Shown: positions 62,311 through 64,000 of the stretch, piece after piece
How positions within the stretch are numbered: position 1 is the stretch's first letter
Layout of the letters: every line of letters begins with the position of its first letter
Assembly: GCF_964355755.1 (NCBI RefSeq)
Contig: NC_092672.1
Coordinates: 32,556,437-32,620,436 of the forward strand
DNA: 64,000 bases
DNA from: Antedon mediterranea
Lineage: Eukaryota > Animalia > Echinodermata
Direction: 5' to 3'
Made by a program: the position numbers and the translations under genes
The notes under the pieces: model-generated
The model's input: the letters and a program-made list of their open reading frames with translations, nothing else
Told to the model about the DNA's origin: nothing
Databases searched by the model: none

Positions 62311-64000
62311 GTTAAACATAGCAGATAAGTCAATAATTCACAACGGTGAATAAGTTTTAATTGCTAAGATTTTTTTCATTTTCATCATTAAATAAACATT
62401 TAAATATTTATTTGAGCAATATTCTATTAAAATCAATACAAACATCAACTTGTATACGTGCATTACATTAATAGGAAACATCTCTAAACAATTATTTTGA
62501 AATGTCTATAAGACAGCATCAAAAAAGATTGTCACATGTGATACTGTATTTATGAATTTGCCTATAACAAGAAAGCAATATTATGACACTTGACTAGATA
62601 CACAGGATGAAAAAGAACCCTAACACCATTACCATTCATTACTGTTGTGCTGTTTCCATGTAGGCTTAATTCATTTATTGCAAAAAAAATTGTAATTAAA
62701 AAAAGTATTATTATAGCGGATTTATAATTTAAATTGTCATAACTTGTTGTCATTGTTTGTGTAACTAACTAATTGTGAGCAAATGTATGTCAACATGAAT
62801 TTACCTTTGAACAAATAAAATGAAATATGAAAACTGTTGATGAATGAAATTTCAGAAATGTATGAAATTAGTATTATATTGGCAGATGACAGTTACAGTG
62901 CTCAAAGCTCTGTTCACACCATCAAACTAGTTTGACAAAAAAAAGTGTGAAATGCCCAAATATGGTAGTGATATACCCAACTATGGTATGGTAGTGATAT
63001 GACATCATTATGTCCATATGTAGGCAGATCACATTTTTTTGTCACATGATAGTGTAGAGAAAGCTTTAGTTCAGCCAATCAAATAATCCTTATAATATTA
63101 ATAATCAGCCTCTTTCACAAACATTAAATATATTAATTAATAGAAAAATAAAGAAAATAAAAGAAGTGATTTCTATTAATTATTTACAATAAATGTACCC
63201 TCATTCGTATTAAACATATTGTACTATAATTATCTAAATCTAGTACTGCATGTGCAAAATGTATTAAAAAATATAATCAAAATTTAAACAATTCTGTAAC
63301 ACATTCACTTTAAGGTAAGAAGATGATGAGACAATCATATAAATTGAATGTGGCAAAATTAGGATTTGATGGTAAATCAAAAAGTCATTAATTTCAATTT
63401 CAGGACTTGATTGGCAAAAGTCTTGTTGGCAAAAGAGCAATTAGTGGATAGGGAAGTGAGCCTAATATGGGCCAGGTAAAAAGCTTTGGGAGTAGACATA
63501 CATTGATAAAAGGGGTAGGGATGACCATATGTGGACAGTGGCAAGTGGACAGATGGTAGCCAGTGGTGTAACGCAGGGAACAAAGGCCCCTGGTTTAGCA
63601 CTGCTAAAGCTTGGTTCCTAGGACACAACGCAATGACATTTGACAGTTGACCAATGACAAGCGACAGTTTCAATAATTCATTGCTTCTGATTGGTCTAAT
63701 CCCTTACGTTGCGTTACGTCGTCGTGTTGCATCCCTAGTGGGTACCACGCATAAGGGGTCCGCTCCAACACTAGGTAGTTGCATTGGACTTTCATAATCT
63801 GGGGCCACTAGGTTTAGCCATCGAGTGCTCAAAGCCGTTACGACACTGGTGGTAGCGTAGTTTATAGTAAAAGATCAGGTGGCTGGATGGTAACATTAAC
63901 CACATGAAAAACATGGCCTTATTTGGGCCTATGGTAATAAAAGAACAGGTGGTAGCAGAGTTTATGGTAAATAAAAAGGTGGTTGGAGGTACCAATGACT

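Overview
AT-rich eukaryotic (animal, most likely marine-invertebrate) genomic DNA with spliced genes; nothing here is prokaryotic. Three complete multi-exon genes were reconstructed by hand from GT-AG boundaries: CAPZB (F-actin capping protein beta, + strand, ~27.6-35.3 kb, 8 coding exons, ~273 aa); LIG3 (DNA ligase III, - strand, 39.0-48.7 kb, 17 coding exons, ~1084 aa; convergent with CAPZB); and an NXPE-family type II membrane protein (- strand, 57.8-60.7 kb, 4 exons, ~565 aa). There is also a probable first coding exon of an unidentified - strand gene at 18.6-18.8 kb. The rest is dominated by mobile DNA: an internally deleted long-TIR Sola3-like transposon (window start to 3355), a triple-nested stack of Helentron/HINE-like elements (11.45-15.87 kb), about 16 copies of one Harbinger-like MITE, tRNA-derived SINEs, a LINE 3' fragment, fold-back elements and several mini/microsatellites. 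Highlights: (1) this LIG3 has an extra, frame-symmetric 108-nt exon encoding a PBZ poly(ADP-ribose)-binding zinc finger, after a repeated TPKK/TPVK linker and before the BRCT domain; (2) the Russian-doll Helentron stack; (3) a CAPZB intragenic tandem duplication whose copies lack the duplicated exons. All assignments come from motif recognition only; no searches were run.
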